This document shows, one piece after another, positions 38,644 to 48,841 of a DNA stretch of 64,000 nt (position 1 is its first letter; every line of letters begins with the position of its first letter). The stretch lies in assembly GCA_965226795.1 (NCBI GenBank), contig CBDDDZ010000004.1:736001-800000 (forward strand), read 5' to 3'. Made by a program: the position numbers and the translations under genes. This DNA comes from Candidatus Latescibacterota bacterium (lineage in GTDB: Bacteria > Latescibacterota > UBA2968 > GCA-2709665). The notes below the pieces were generated by a model. It was not told the DNA's origin. It searched no databases and worked only from the letters and a program-made list of their open reading frames with translations.

Positions 38644-40320
38644 ATGCCCCGCCTGACCGGCGGCCGGTTCATCGCTGAAACGTTCCACGGATACGGCATC
38701 ACCCATGTCTTTTTCATGCCCGTGATCGCGCCTCGCGCCCTGATGGAAATGGAACGGCTGGGAATCCGGCGCATCATGACCCATGGCGAAAAAAGCGCGG
38801 CCTATATGGCCGACGCCTATGCGCGCGTCCGCCGCGGCGCCGGCATCTGCATGGCCCAATCCGTGGGCGCAGCCAACCTCGCGGCCGGGCTTCAGGACGC
38901 GTACCTCGCGTGTTCTCCCGTCATCGCGATCACCGGGCGTCAGACACAGATCAACCGGCACCGGCACGCGTACCAGGAAGTGGACCACGTTGCGCCTTTC
39001 GACGCGGTCACCAAGTACAACGTCCTGGTGGACCGGCCCGAGCAACTCCCCTATTTCCTCAGGCAGGCCTTCCGGGAAGCCACCACGGCAACGCCCGGGC
39101 CGGTTCATCTCGACATGGCGGGATTCATCGGGGAAGTCGTGGCGAACGGCGAAGCCGAAATGGACGTGGTCGTTGAAGAACCCTTCGCTCGCCTGCCCCC
39201 CTTCCGGCCTGAGCCCGATCCCGAAGCCGTTCGCAAGGCGGTCGATCTACTGGCGGCGGCGGAACGACCCATCATGGTCGCCGGTGGCGGGATCGTCGCC
39301 TCCGGCGCAGGCGCCGCGCTACGAGCCTTTGCGGAAAAACTCGCCATTCCCGTAGCGACGTCGTTGAACGCCAAAGAGGCCTTCCCCTATGACCATCCCC
39401 TCGCCGTGGGTGTCTGTGGGTTGTACTCTCGCGAATGCGCCAACCGCGCCGTCTCCGAGGCGGACCTGGTCTTCTTTATCGGGAGCCACACCGGCGGACA
39501 GGTCACGAACGACTGGACCGTCCCCCCGGCCGGCACCCATGTCATACAACTCGACATCAACCCGGCCGAAATCGGACGCTCCTACCCGATCCGGCTTGGA
39601 ATCCAGGCCGACGCGAAGGTCGGCCTGAGCCGTCTGATCGAAGCTGTGTCTGCATCCGTCACACGTAGCGCCTGGACTTCGCGCGTCCGGCAACTTACCT
39701 CCGAATGGCGGGATAGCGTGACCCCGTTCGTCAACTCCGACGACGTTCCCATTCGACCCGAGCGGCTGTGCCGGGAACTGACCCGACACCTGCCCTCCGA
39801 CGCCATTCTCGTTTCCGATACCGGCCACTCCGGAATCTGGACCGGTACCATGATCGATCTCAAACATCCGGGTCAGTCCTATGTCAGATGTTCCGGCTCC
39901 CTGGGCTGGGGCATTCCCGCCGCCGTCGGCGCCCGGTGCGCCGCCCCGGATCGCCCGGTTGTGTGCTTTACGGGTGACGGCGGCATCTGGTATCACGTCA
40001 CGGAACTGGACACGGCCGCCCGAAACGACATTCCGGTTGTCATCGTGGTCAACAACAACCACTCGCTGAACCAGGAACAGGAACTCAACGAAGATATCTA
40101 CGGAGGCCCGGAACCGGGATCCGACGAACTCTGGCATATGACGGACGGCGACTTTGTGAAAATGGCGGAATCGATGGACTGCATTGGCATCACGGTTCGC
40201 CGGGCCGGGGAGTTCGGGAGCGCCCTCGACCAGGCGGTTACATCGGGAAAACCCGCCGTGATCGACGTCAAGACCCACATCGAGGGCATCGCCCCGCCGG
40301 TGTGGACTCCGCCGGCCTGA
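38644..40320 (+). CDS. Thiamine diphosphate-dependent enzyme (acetolactate synthase large subunit-like)
   Basis: HGEKSAAYMADAYAR, PGPVHL and the GDGG...NN ThDP motif. Confidence 0.9.
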   Translation: MPRLTGGRFIAETFHGYGITHVFFMPVIAPRALMEMERLGIRRIMTHGEKSAAYMADAYARVRRGAGICMAQSVGAANLAAGLQDAYLACSPVIAITGRQTQINRHRHAYQEVDHVAPFDAVTKYNVLVDRPEQLPYFLRQAFREATTATPGPVHLDMAGFIGEVVANGEAEMDVVVEEPFARLPPFRPEPDPEAVRKAVDLLAAAERPIMVAGGGIVASGAGAALRAFAEKLAIPVATSLNAKEAFPYDHPLAVGVCGLYSRECANRAVSEADLVFFIGSHTGGQVTNDWTVPPAGTHVIQLDINPAEIGRSYPIRLGIQADAKVGLSRLIEAVSASVTRSAWTSRVRQLTSEWRDSVTPFVNSDDVPIRPERLCRELTRHLPSDAILVSDTGHSGIWTGTMIDLKHPGQSYVRCSGSLGWGIPAAVGARCAAPDRPVVCFTGDGGIWYHVTELDTAARNDIPVVIVVNNNHSLNQEQELNEDIYGGPEPGSDELWHMTDGDFVKMAESMDCIGITVRRAGEFGSALDQAVTSGKPAVIDVKTHIEGIAPPVWTPPA

Positions 40321-40406
40321 GACAGGTTTAGCGACGCGGCACGCCGAAGTGCTTTCAACCCGCAGAGACGGACGGACTCCGTCGGCGCCGGGAAAGGGAT
40401 AAACCC

Positions 40407-41282
40407 ATGTCGTCCCCAAACGAAGGTGGTCTCAAACTACTGGTCGTGGTCGCTCACCCGCACGATGTGTGCCACATGGGGGGCACCTGCGCGCACCACG
40501 TCGACCGCGGCGACCACGTCTCCGTGGTGGCGTTAACCGGCGGGCAGCGCACCCACAATGAAAAACTGGCCGACGAACTGCGCAAGCCGCCCGCCCGGAG
40601 AGACAGGAACGTCGTTGACGGATCCCGGGAGAGTTATGCAAAGTGCAAAACACGCGAATTCGTCAGGGCGTGCGCCGTCTTCGGCATCACCGACGTGACT
40701 GTGCTTCCGTTTTCGGATCATCCCTTCGAGGTCACCGACGACGTGGTGTCGGCGCTTGCCGAGATTCTGTACGATGTCCGTCCTCAAATGATTCTGACCC
40801 ATGCACCCTACACCTTGCCCGACCGCCGCTGTCACTACGCATGGGTCAACGACCATACCGCGGCCGGTATTGCCGTGCAAAAGGCGCTCAACCACGTGTC
40901 TATCCCCGACACCGAGCGGGGTCGCGCGCCTCACAGGGTGGCTTCCATCTACTATACGGGCGTCGACTACGGGTTCCACGAGGTCGACGTCTGTATCGAT
41001 ATCTCCGATCAGGTCGACAAGCGGATAGAGGCCGAGACAATATTCGAATCCCAGGGGCACACGGCGGAATTCGCGAGAAAGCGGATCGAGTCCAGCGCCG
41101 GATTTCAGGGGTGGAAGGCCAACATCGGCTACGCCGAGACCTTCATCCGCGGGTACAGGGAGATTTCACGGTGTCTATCCGTCACCGAGGAGAACCTCCG
41201 GCTCGCGGAGAGTTCACACGAGGAGCGCCTGCGCTGGATTACCGGCCAAGGCCCGCATGACGGTGAACAGGCTGTAAGTTAG
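40407..41282 (+). CDS. PIG-L/LmbE-family metalloenzyme with variant motifs
   Basis: VVAHPHD, LTGG, VRPQMILTH, NDH, DISDQVDKR, FESQ and YAETF motifs. Confidence 0.82.
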   Translation: MSSPNEGGLKLLVVVAHPHDVCHMGGTCAHHVDRGDHVSVVALTGGQRTHNEKLADELRKPPARRDRNVVDGSRESYAKCKTREFVRACAVFGITDVTVLPFSDHPFEVTDDVVSALAEILYDVRPQMILTHAPYTLPDRRCHYAWVNDHTAAGIAVQKALNHVSIPDTERGRAPHRVASIYYTGVDYGFHEVDVCIDISDQVDKRIEAETIFESQGHTAEFARKRIESSAGFQGWKANIGYAETFIRGYREISRCLSVTEENLRLAESSHEERLRWITGQGPHDGEQAVS

Positions 41283-41413
41283 CAAAGACGGGCTGTATGG
41301 CGCGTTTCGCACGCGCGTGCCGGGTACCCGTGGATTGCTGTTGCCAATACGCTCGGGATTCCACATATTCACGCAACTGACGTGCGTTTATCACTTGCCT
41401 ATCCCACAACCCG

Positions 41414-43003
41414 ATGGCAAGGAAGGTCCTTATGCATAGAGTCAATCGTCGTTCCGCTGTATTATTAAGTTCCATCTGGCTCCTGACGCTCGCCTTTCCC
41501 GTCCTGGCCTTTGCGGAGGGAACGGCCCAGATGGAAACCGAAACGTTAAACAGTTGGATACAGACCAATCTTGCCGACCTGGACAGCCTCTTCGGAAACA
41601 CGGTCGAACTCATGGGGACGGTCCTCTTCGCGTCGTTCGGCACGGGAATTCCGCTCATCGTGATGATCCTTCTTCTGGGAGGTATCTATTATTCCTTTTT
41701 CTTCAGATGGTTATCCATAAAGGGGTTCCGCCACTCCATAGACATCATCCGCGGCCGCTTCGATAATCCCGATGATCCCGGAGAAATCTCACATTTCCAG
41801 GCCCTCACCAGTGCACTCTCGGCCACGGTCGGGCTCGGAAACATCGCAGGCGTGGCCATCGCCGTGAGCCTTGGCGGCCCCGGCGCGATTTTCTGGATGC
41901 TCGTCACCGCGGTCTTCGGCATGTCCTCCAAACTCGCCTCCTGCACCCTGGCCATCATGTACAGGCAGATACACCCCGACGGACATGTCTCAGGCGGCCC
42001 GATGTATTACCTGGAAAACGGCCTTAAATTAAAGGGCATGGGGCAATTCGGCCGCACCCTGGCCGTGATGTTCGCCTTTCTGACCGTGGGCGGAAGCCTC
42101 GGCGGCGGCAACATGTTTCAGGCCAATCAGACGCTGGAAATACTGGGTACCGTTTCGCCGGTCTTCAAGACCTACAACTGGTTGGTCGGCATCCTGCTCG
42201 CGGGTATGGTCGCCGTCGTGATTGTCGGCGGCATCCGGCGAATCGGCCGCGTCACGTCCCGGGTGGTGCCCACTATGTGCGTGTTATACGTGGCCACCTG
42301 CCTTCTGATTATCCTTACCAACTTTACCCGGATTCCGGAATTGCTGGTCACCATCTTAAGCCAGGCCTTTTCGCCGCAGGCGCTCTATGGCGGCTTCGTG
42401 GGTGTGATGGTAACCGGCATCAAACGCGCCGCCTTCTCGAACGAGGCCGGCCTCGGATCCGCTGCGTTCGCGCACGCCGCCGCCAAAACTAACGAACCCG
42501 CCCGGGAGGGCATGGTGGCCATGATCGGACCCTTTATTGACACTGTCGTCATCTGCCTGATGACGGGCCTTATCTGTCTGATCACGGGCGTCTACGCGGA
42601 CCCTCAATTCCTCGGTCAGGCCCAGCAGGGCCATCCGGTGGGCGCGGCCATGACGGCCGCGGCTTTCGAATCCTTCATTCCCGGCGCCCGCTATGTACTC
42701 GCAATCGCCGTGGTGCTCTTTGCCTATTCCACCATGATTTCCTGGTCCTATTACGGCGAACGCGCCTGGGAGTATCTTTTCGGAGATGGCACGATCCTCG
42801 CGTACCGCATCATCTTCGTCGTTTTTGTTTTCTTCGGCGCCGTTACCGCCCTGGACAACGTGCTCAGCTTCACGGACATGATGATCCTTGGAATGGCATT
42901 CCCCAACATCATCGGCGGCGTGATCCTGAGCCCACAGATCAAGGCCGCCCTCTACGATTACTGGGACCGGCTGAAATCCGGACGGATGACCATGTACAAG
43001 TAA
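41414..43003 (+). CDS. Alanine/glycine:cation symporter (AgcS family)
   Basis: ATVGLGNIAGVA, GGPGAIFWM, GGPMYY, FSNEAGLGSA and FAYSTMISWSYYG motifs. Confidence 0.95.
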   Translation: MARKVLMHRVNRRSAVLLSSIWLLTLAFPVLAFAEGTAQMETETLNSWIQTNLADLDSLFGNTVELMGTVLFASFGTGIPLIVMILLLGGIYYSFFFRWLSIKGFRHSIDIIRGRFDNPDDPGEISHFQALTSALSATVGLGNIAGVAIAVSLGGPGAIFWMLVTAVFGMSSKLASCTLAIMYRQIHPDGHVSGGPMYYLENGLKLKGMGQFGRTLAVMFAFLTVGGSLGGGNMFQANQTLEILGTVSPVFKTYNWLVGILLAGMVAVVIVGGIRRIGRVTSRVVPTMCVLYVATCLLIILTNFTRIPELLVTILSQAFSPQALYGGFVGVMVTGIKRAAFSNEAGLGSAAFAHAAAKTNEPAREGMVAMIGPFIDTVVICLMTGLICLITGVYADPQFLGQAQQGHPVGAAMTAAAFESFIPGARYVLAIAVVLFAYSTMISWSYYGERAWEYLFGDGTILAYRIIFVVFVFFGAVTALDNVLSFTDMMILGMAFPNIIGGVILSPQIKAALYDYWDRLKSGRMTMYK

Positions 43004-43020
43004 CCGCAAACACCCGCAAT

Positions 43021-43059
43021 AAAGGGGCGCTGCAATATCGCAGCGCCCCTCTTTTATTT
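43021..43059 (+). terminator. Intrinsic terminator
   Basis: AGGGGCGCTGC...GCAGCGCCCCT hairpin followed by a T tract. Confidence 0.85.
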
Positions 43060-43158
43060 AAGGGCATCACCTTTTTGCGAGTAACAACACCGGGATCTCG
43101 CGTTTCGCTACCTGCGAAATAGAATCTCCTCCACCCCCATAACGTCCCCTATTCCCTT

Positions 43159-43375
43159 GCCCTTTTTCTTTCTCGCCAAAGAAAAAGGGCCAAAAAGAAC
43201 GGCGCCGCTCGGCGCGGGGCCGGTTTTTCCACGAATCCCCTCAGTGGCATAGACGGGTGACTGTGCCCTGCGTACAAATCCGACCCCGCGATGCTTCTAT
43301 GCAGGACGGAATAACGTGGAAAAACCCCCCGCTCCTCCACCGGAAGGTCGTGAGGTAGACCTGGAAGGACGGCCG
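43159..43375 (+). repeat. Structured intergenic repeat, copy A
   Basis: Homologous to 60155-60375 and, inverted, to 43566-43723. Confidence 0.75.
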
Positions 43376-43435
43376 CCTGGATTTGCATTCGAACGGCCGA
43401 TCGCCGTATGATTGCGCAGCGCGTTCGTTGTATTC

Positions 43436-43459
43436 CTAGGGGCGACTCATGAGTCGCCC
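43436..43459. repeat. GTAG-class REP-like palindrome (CTAG variant)
   Basis: CTAG-GGGCGACTCATGAGTCGCCC. Confidence 0.65.
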
Positions 43460-43565
43460 GCATGGTGGTCCGCATATCGCCGATAGATTTCGCCAAGCCA
43501 TATCGCTCGCTCTCAGATAGCCATTCGGTTATCGAACGCGACGTCTCCCGCGAGCACTCCCAGAG

Positions 43566-43723
43566 CAGAGCGCGCTATTCCGTTCCCCAGCGAACTCCGA
43601 TATCCACCTTCGCTTGCAGGGCAGTGCATTACGTGCGTCCCCTGAGGGTATTCGCGCTGTGCATTTGACAGGCCCCGCGCCCAGCGGCGACTTTTGGTTC
43701 CTTTTGGTCGCTTCAAAAGGAAC
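43566..43723 (-). repeat. Structured intergenic repeat, copy C (inverted and more divergent)
   Basis: The reverse complement shows hairpin-CCAAAAG-CGCCGCT-GGCGCGGGGCC...CGCGAAT...TGCCCTGC...ACGGAATAGCGCG. Confidence 0.65.
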
Positions 43724-43856
43724 ACGCCGTAGGCAGGGAATTTGGAGAAAGGTGGTTCTTGAATTTGGTTTTGATCCTTCATTGTCCTTCCCCGCCGGAG
43801 GCGTGGAGCCGGGGGGAGAGGTCCCGCCTTAAGCTGAAAGCTGATAGCTAATTCCG

Positions 43857-44831
43857 CTAAACTTCCGCAACGGATACCGGTTCGCCCGTCTCGAGCGAAC
43901 GGTTCACCGCCACAACCACCTGCTGGGTTTTCACGGCATCCGAGTACGGACATCGCAGCTTCGATCCATCACCGGTGCGCACCGCCTCAATAAACGCGTT
44001 ATCCATTTCCTGCCAGTAGTCGTTGCCGACCTCGATATACTCGGACCGATCCCCCTGCACAACTGTAATGGACTTTCTCTCCTTGTACTCAATCACCATA
44101 TCCTTCGTGTAGATATCCAGCCCGCCGCGATGCCCACACGATAGGAAACAGGCCGAAAAAATCGTCGCCAGCGTTCCGTTCTCGAAAATCAACGTGGCCG
44201 CGCTCGCGTCTTCAATATCGTAATCCTCCACATCCGCCATCAATCCAGTACGGCCCCCGGCATATACCGTTTTCACGTCGCCGAAAAGATACCTGGCCAT
44301 ATCCGTCACGTGAACCGTCTGCTCAACGGCCTGCCCCCCTGACATCTGCTTCCGCCGCCACCAGTACGTGCCAGGCAGCCCGCCCATCCAATACCCGATG
44401 GCCAGCCCGACCTGGCGGCTCGCAAGCAGGTCCTGCGTTTTTTCAATAATATCCAGGTACCGACCCTGGAAGCCCACGCAGGAAATTACACCGTGTTCCC
44501 GAATGGCCGCGTCGGCCTCCCGCGCCGTATCCATGTGAAGGGCGATCGGCTTCTCCACAAACAGCGCGATCCCCTTCTCCGCGGCCAGGATCTCCTGTGC
44601 TTCGTGCGCAAAGGGAGGGATGCAGATATATACCGCATCCAACTCCACCTCGTCCAACATGGACCTGTAGTCCGTGAATACCCTGGCATCCCACTCCGCC
44701 GCCGCCGCGGCGGCCTTCGCCCGGTCCACGTCGCAAATGGCCACCATCGCCACGTCGTCGATGCGCTTCAGATGCCGGCGATGCGCACGTGAGATATTCC
44801 CCGCACCTATAAGACCAACTTTTACCGTCAT
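43857..44831 (-). CDS. Gfo/Idh/MocA-family oxidoreductase
   Basis: GLIGAGNI, FVEKP and SGG...EQTVH..D motifs. Confidence 0.92.
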   Translation of the reverse strand: MTVKVGLIGAGNISRAHRRHLKRIDDVAMVAICDVDRAKAAAAAAEWDARVFTDYRSMLDEVELDAVYICIPPFAHEAQEILAAEKGIALFVEKPIALHMDTAREADAAIREHGVISCVGFQGRYLDIIEKTQDLLASRQVGLAIGYWMGGLPGTYWWRRKQMSGGQAVEQTVHVTDMARYLFGDVKTVYAGGRTGLMADVEDYDIEDASAATLIFENGTLATIFSACFLSCGHRGGLDIYTKDMVIEYKERKSITVVQGDRSEYIEVGNDYWQEMDNAFIEAVRTGDGSKLRCPYSDAVKTQQVVVAVNRSLETGEPVSVAEV

Positions 44832-44877
44832 CCGCAGATCCTTTACAGAAAACGAACCCGGCGGGGCCGTCCGGTTG

Positions 44878-47652
44878 CTATTTCAACTCTTCCTTCAGCG
44901 CCCTGATCGTCTCCTCCAGCGCTTTCATCTCCTTTCCCGCCTGCTCCCAGTCCCACTGCTGAAACGCCGAACGCACGCGGGAATACTGCGCGTCCGCTTT
45001 CGCCGCCAGTTCGGCCGCCGAACGGCCTGTCTGCAAGGCAACGGGAAACGCCGGCGTTTCCTCCTCACTTGCGGCCATGGTGATGCCGGATCCCCCGCCG
45101 AACAGGACGGTCAGCGCCTCATCGAACGTTTTCCGCATCACCACCCGTCCACCGAAAGCGACAATCACCTGCTTCAACTCCGGAATCGCCGAACTGCGTT
45201 CCTGCTGGCGCCTCGGCGGGGGCTGGCCCCCGGGTATGCCTTCCTCCTGCCCGTACCCCTGCTGTTCGGGCTCCTGCCTCGCTTGCAGATAGATGGGTTC
45301 GACATAGATGAACGACCGCTCCACCGGAATGGCCAGGAGGTTCCCCCGGATCACCTCCGACCCCCGCTGCCCCCACAACGTCAACTGGCTGGAGATCTCC
45401 GGCTGCTGGTCCACCCGGGCCTCGATCTGCATCGGGCCGTAGATCAGCTTGTCTTTGGGCAGTTTGTACACCAGCAGATGCCCGTAGTTTTCTCCGTCCG
45501 ACCGCGCGGCGAGCCACGCAATCATATTGTCTCTCTTTGCCGGGGTAAACGGCACCATCAGCAGAAATTCCTCCTGGCTCTCACCCGGTAGCTTGACGAT
45601 GATATAGTAAGGCAGCATGGGCTGCGGCTGGTCGCTGTAGATCTCGTTCGGAATCTCCCAGAGATCCTCCTGGTTGAAAAAGACGTTGACGTCTTCCATG
45701 TGATAATTCCGGTACATGGCGGCCTGCGTGAAAAACAGGTCGATCGGATACCTCACGTGCGCCTTCAAATCTTCCGGCATGGCGGACATCGGCTGGAACA
45801 GTCCCGGAAACATCTCGCCGTAGGATCGAATCAGCGGGTCTTCCATATCCACCTGGTAGAACGTGACCGTGCCGTTGTAGGCATCGACCACCACCTTCAC
45901 CGAGTTCCTGATATAGTTGATCCGCATCCGCCCCGAGCGCGTCGAGTACGGATACATATCCGAAATCGTGTACGCGTCCTGAATCCAGAAAAGCCTTCCT
46001 TCGGAAGCCACGATATAGGGATCGGTATCGTACAGGAGAAATGGAACCAGCGTCTGAACCCGCTCCCGAATCTGCCGGCGGAACATGATGCGGCTTTCGG
46101 GCGATATGTAACCGCTCAACAGAAGGTTGACGTCCCAGAATCGAATGGCAAACGCCAACCGATTGAAGAAGCTGCCCGTGGGCACGCCGCCCAGCCCCTC
46201 ATACGTCGAATACCGGTTATCGTCTCCCTTCGGGTAGTCGAATTCCTCAATCCCGGTCTTTACCACAATGTAAGCGTATGTTCTCTCCCCGTAATAAATC
46301 TCGGGCTGCTCGATCTCCAGCCCCGGATCCGCGACCGGCGGAATATCCTTTATCATAAACGCCGGCAGTCCCTCGGAGGTCACGTGGTTAACCGGGCTCA
46401 TTGTCACCCCGTAACCATGGGTATACTGCAGACGCTCGTTGACCCAGTTCCTGGCCTGAGACGGCAGCCGGTTCGTATCCAGTTCCCTCGCGGACAACAT
46501 CACCTGCCTGTAAACGCCATCCACTGTGTACCGGTCCACGTCCACGTTCGGAAATACGTAGTACGGCCGGATCTCCTGCACCTGCTGATAGGTCTGTTTC
46601 AGAGGGCGTTCATCCCAGATCCGGATATTGCGCATCGTCAGCGGGTTGGCGCGGATATCCTCCAGCGTCAGATCCTCCGAAGCCTCGAATGGCTGTTCGT
46701 CGATCCGGTCCAGCCCGTATGCCCGGTTGGTCGCCTCGATATTGTATTTTATATACGGGGCTTCCCGGCGAAGCTCGTTCGGCTCCACTACGAGCTTCTG
46801 GACCACGGTGGCGGGGACCGCCCCCACGACAATTGTGCCGACGACCAGTACACCGATACCCCGGAGCGGCAACCGGGTATTACGCGCTCTGACGTTCAGA
46901 AACAGGAAGACCGCCGCCGCCAGGAAGACAATCACCATCAACCAGTAAGCCCAGATCTGAACGTTGACATCCACGTAACCGGCCCCGAAAAACCGTCCCT
47001 GCGAATACAGCAGGCCGTAGATTTTCAGCCGGTACTTCCATGCAAGCGCCAGAAGAAATACCCCTCCCAATGCCGAAAGATGGGCCATGGGCCGTTTCGC
47101 CACCTCGAGCCCCTCCCGGATTCCAATACCGCCCGCGGCAACGTACACCACCACCACCACCAGCGCCGACAGGACCAGTGCTGCAATCATAAACCCGGAC
47201 AGGAAATCGTAAAACGGCAGCAGAAACACATAAAAACCCACCTCCCGATTGAAAATCGGATCCACCGCACCGAAGGGCTGTTCGTAGAGGTACCGCAATA
47301 GAACCGGCCACTGGCTGGCGCCTATGTTGCCCAGGATAAACACCAATGCGGCCGCGATAAGAACCTGGGTTTTCCTGGACTGCAACACGCCACCGGGTTC
47401 GCCGTCGACCCGCAGCGCCTGCCGCGTAAAGCGTCCGGCAATCCATAGGTTCACCCCCACCACGACCGCCGCAAGCCCGCCGAAAATCATGCCCGACCCG
47501 AAGCGGGCGCGAATGATCCGCCAGAACACCGAATCGTAGTCCAGACTCCTGAACCAGAGCCAATCCGTATAGTAAGACACCAGGAAACTGATTCCGAAAA
47601 ACCCGCCAACCAGCACACCAAGAACGACCCATCCCCACGAACGCCGATCCAT
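44878..47652 (-). CDS. UPF0182-family membrane protein
   Basis: DWLWF, DPIF....GFYVF.LP, NIRIWD, DVDRY, YTHGYG, NYIRNSVK and RGNLL motifs. Confidence 0.92.
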   Translation of the reverse strand: MDRRSWGWVVLGVLVGGFFGISFLVSYYTDWLWFRSLDYDSVFWRIIRARFGSGMIFGGLAAVVVGVNLWIAGRFTRQALRVDGEPGGVLQSRKTQVLIAAALVFILGNIGASQWPVLLRYLYEQPFGAVDPIFNREVGFYVFLLPFYDFLSGFMIAALVLSALVVVVVYVAAGGIGIREGLEVAKRPMAHLSALGGVFLLALAWKYRLKIYGLLYSQGRFFGAGYVDVNVQIWAYWLMVIVFLAAAVFLFLNVRARNTRLPLRGIGVLVVGTIVVGAVPATVVQKLVVEPNELRREAPYIKYNIEATNRAYGLDRIDEQPFEASEDLTLEDIRANPLTMRNIRIWDERPLKQTYQQVQEIRPYYVFPNVDVDRYTVDGVYRQVMLSARELDTNRLPSQARNWVNERLQYTHGYGVTMSPVNHVTSEGLPAFMIKDIPPVADPGLEIEQPEIYYGERTYAYIVVKTGIEEFDYPKGDDNRYSTYEGLGGVPTGSFFNRLAFAIRFWDVNLLLSGYISPESRIMFRRQIRERVQTLVPFLLYDTDPYIVASEGRLFWIQDAYTISDMYPYSTRSGRMRINYIRNSVKVVVDAYNGTVTFYQVDMEDPLIRSYGEMFPGLFQPMSAMPEDLKAHVRYPIDLFFTQAAMYRNYHMEDVNVFFNQEDLWEIPNEIYSDQPQPMLPYYIIVKLPGESQEEFLLMVPFTPAKRDNMIAWLAARSDGENYGHLLVYKLPKDKLIYGPMQIEARVDQQPEISSQLTLWGQRGSEVIRGNLLAIPVERSFIYVEPIYLQARQEPEQQGYGQEEGIPGGQPPPRRQQERSSAIPELKQVIVAFGGRVVMRKTFDEALTVLFGGGSGITMAASEEETPAFPVALQTGRSAAELAAKADAQYSRVRSAFQQWDWEQAGKEMKALEETIRALKEELK

Positions 47653-48022
47653 GATTTCTCCTTTGCCGATAACCGGTGTTCTGCCCCAGAAATATGTCAC
47701 CATTCGGCAATCTATTTCCGGGACATAACACGCGACGAAATGATGAATTCCACCACAAGTAAACAAAAAAAACATTATTTGTCAGTAAAAAAACGTGCCG
47801 GCGCCTCCGCCTCGGCCTTCGTGCTACACAGACACCCGGCAGACCAGCTGCTCCCGAACCCGTTCCTCCTGCCCTTGCGTTGGGTTGGGCGTGTCCGCGC
47901 TGGGTGTCGGGCCGGCCCGCCCATAGCAACGCGCCAAGTCGTTGACATCCGTTGCCCTCTTTATCTTATTGTCCCTGTCCGCCCGCAGGCTTCCGTGGCC
48001 TTTCTTGCACCAGGAGCGCGCC

Positions 48023-48811
48023 ATGTCGGAATTTCAGGATAAAGTGGTCGTTGTCACCGGCGGCGCCAAAGGCATCGGCAGCGGCATCTGCCTGGCTTTC
48101 GCCAGGGAGGGCGCCCGCGTGCTCTGCGCCGACGTGGACGTTAAAGCCGGTGAACGCCTTGCCGCAGAAACCGCTTCTCTTCCCGGCCATATCCGCTTCC
48201 AGGAGGCGGACGTGGCCCGAAACGACGCCTGTCGCGCACTCGCTCAGGCCGCCGTTTCCGAATGGGGCGGCGTGGACATCCTCTGTAACAACGTGGGCGT
48301 CCAGCCCACCAGCAGCTACCTGCCCGCCCATGAACTTTCGGAAGAGACGTGGGATTATATTCTGAACGTCAACCTGAAAAGCGCCTTTCTGATGACCCGA
48401 TACTGCATACCCGAAATGATCAGACGCGGTGGCGGCGTCATCATCAACACGGCCAGCGTCCAGGGCCTGCAATCCACGAAGGGCGTATGCGCCTACGCCG
48501 CCAGCAAAGGCGGCATCCTCTCGCTGACGCGGCAGCTTGCCCTGGAGTACGCCACAGACAACGTGCGCGTGCTCGCCGTCAGCCCCGGCACCATCGACAC
48601 CCCGCTGGTCGCCGAAGCCCTGCAGGCCCTCGGCGGCGATGAGACGGAACATCGGGAACGGATGAGCCGGTCCCATCCTATCGGCCGCATCGGAACACCC
48701 GACGACATCGCGCAGGCCGTGCTGTTCCTCGCCAGCGAAAAAGCCTCTTTCATGACGGGCGAAAACGTCTGCGTGGACGGTGGGATGATGGCAAAAGGCG
48801 CATGGAGCTGA
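48023..48811 (+). CDS. SDR-family oxidoreductase
   Basis: TGGAKGIG, NNVG, YAASK and PGTIDTP. AGGAG RBS. Confidence 0.93.
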   Translation: MSEFQDKVVVVTGGAKGIGSGICLAFAREGARVLCADVDVKAGERLAAETASLPGHIRFQEADVARNDACRALAQAAVSEWGGVDILCNNVGVQPTSSYLPAHELSEETWDYILNVNLKSAFLMTRYCIPEMIRRGGGVIINTASVQGLQSTKGVCAYAASKGGILSLTRQLALEYATDNVRVLAVSPGTIDTPLVAEALQALGGDETEHRERMSRSHPIGRIGTPDDIAQAVLFLASEKASFMTGENVCVDGGMMAKGAWS

Positions 48812-48841
48812 ACGCCCGCATCCCAGGTCACAACCGCACCT

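Noticed and set aside
41283..41413. Glycine riboswitch expected upstream of the AgcS symporter
   Set aside because: No GGAGA...CCGAAG...CTCTCAGG aptamer pattern is visible.
45700..47301. Long antisense ORFs (also 23483-24934, 7900-8568, 10508-11368, 50905-52278)
   Set aside because: These are shadow frames opposite well-supported genes in GC-rich DNA and contain no recognisable motifs.
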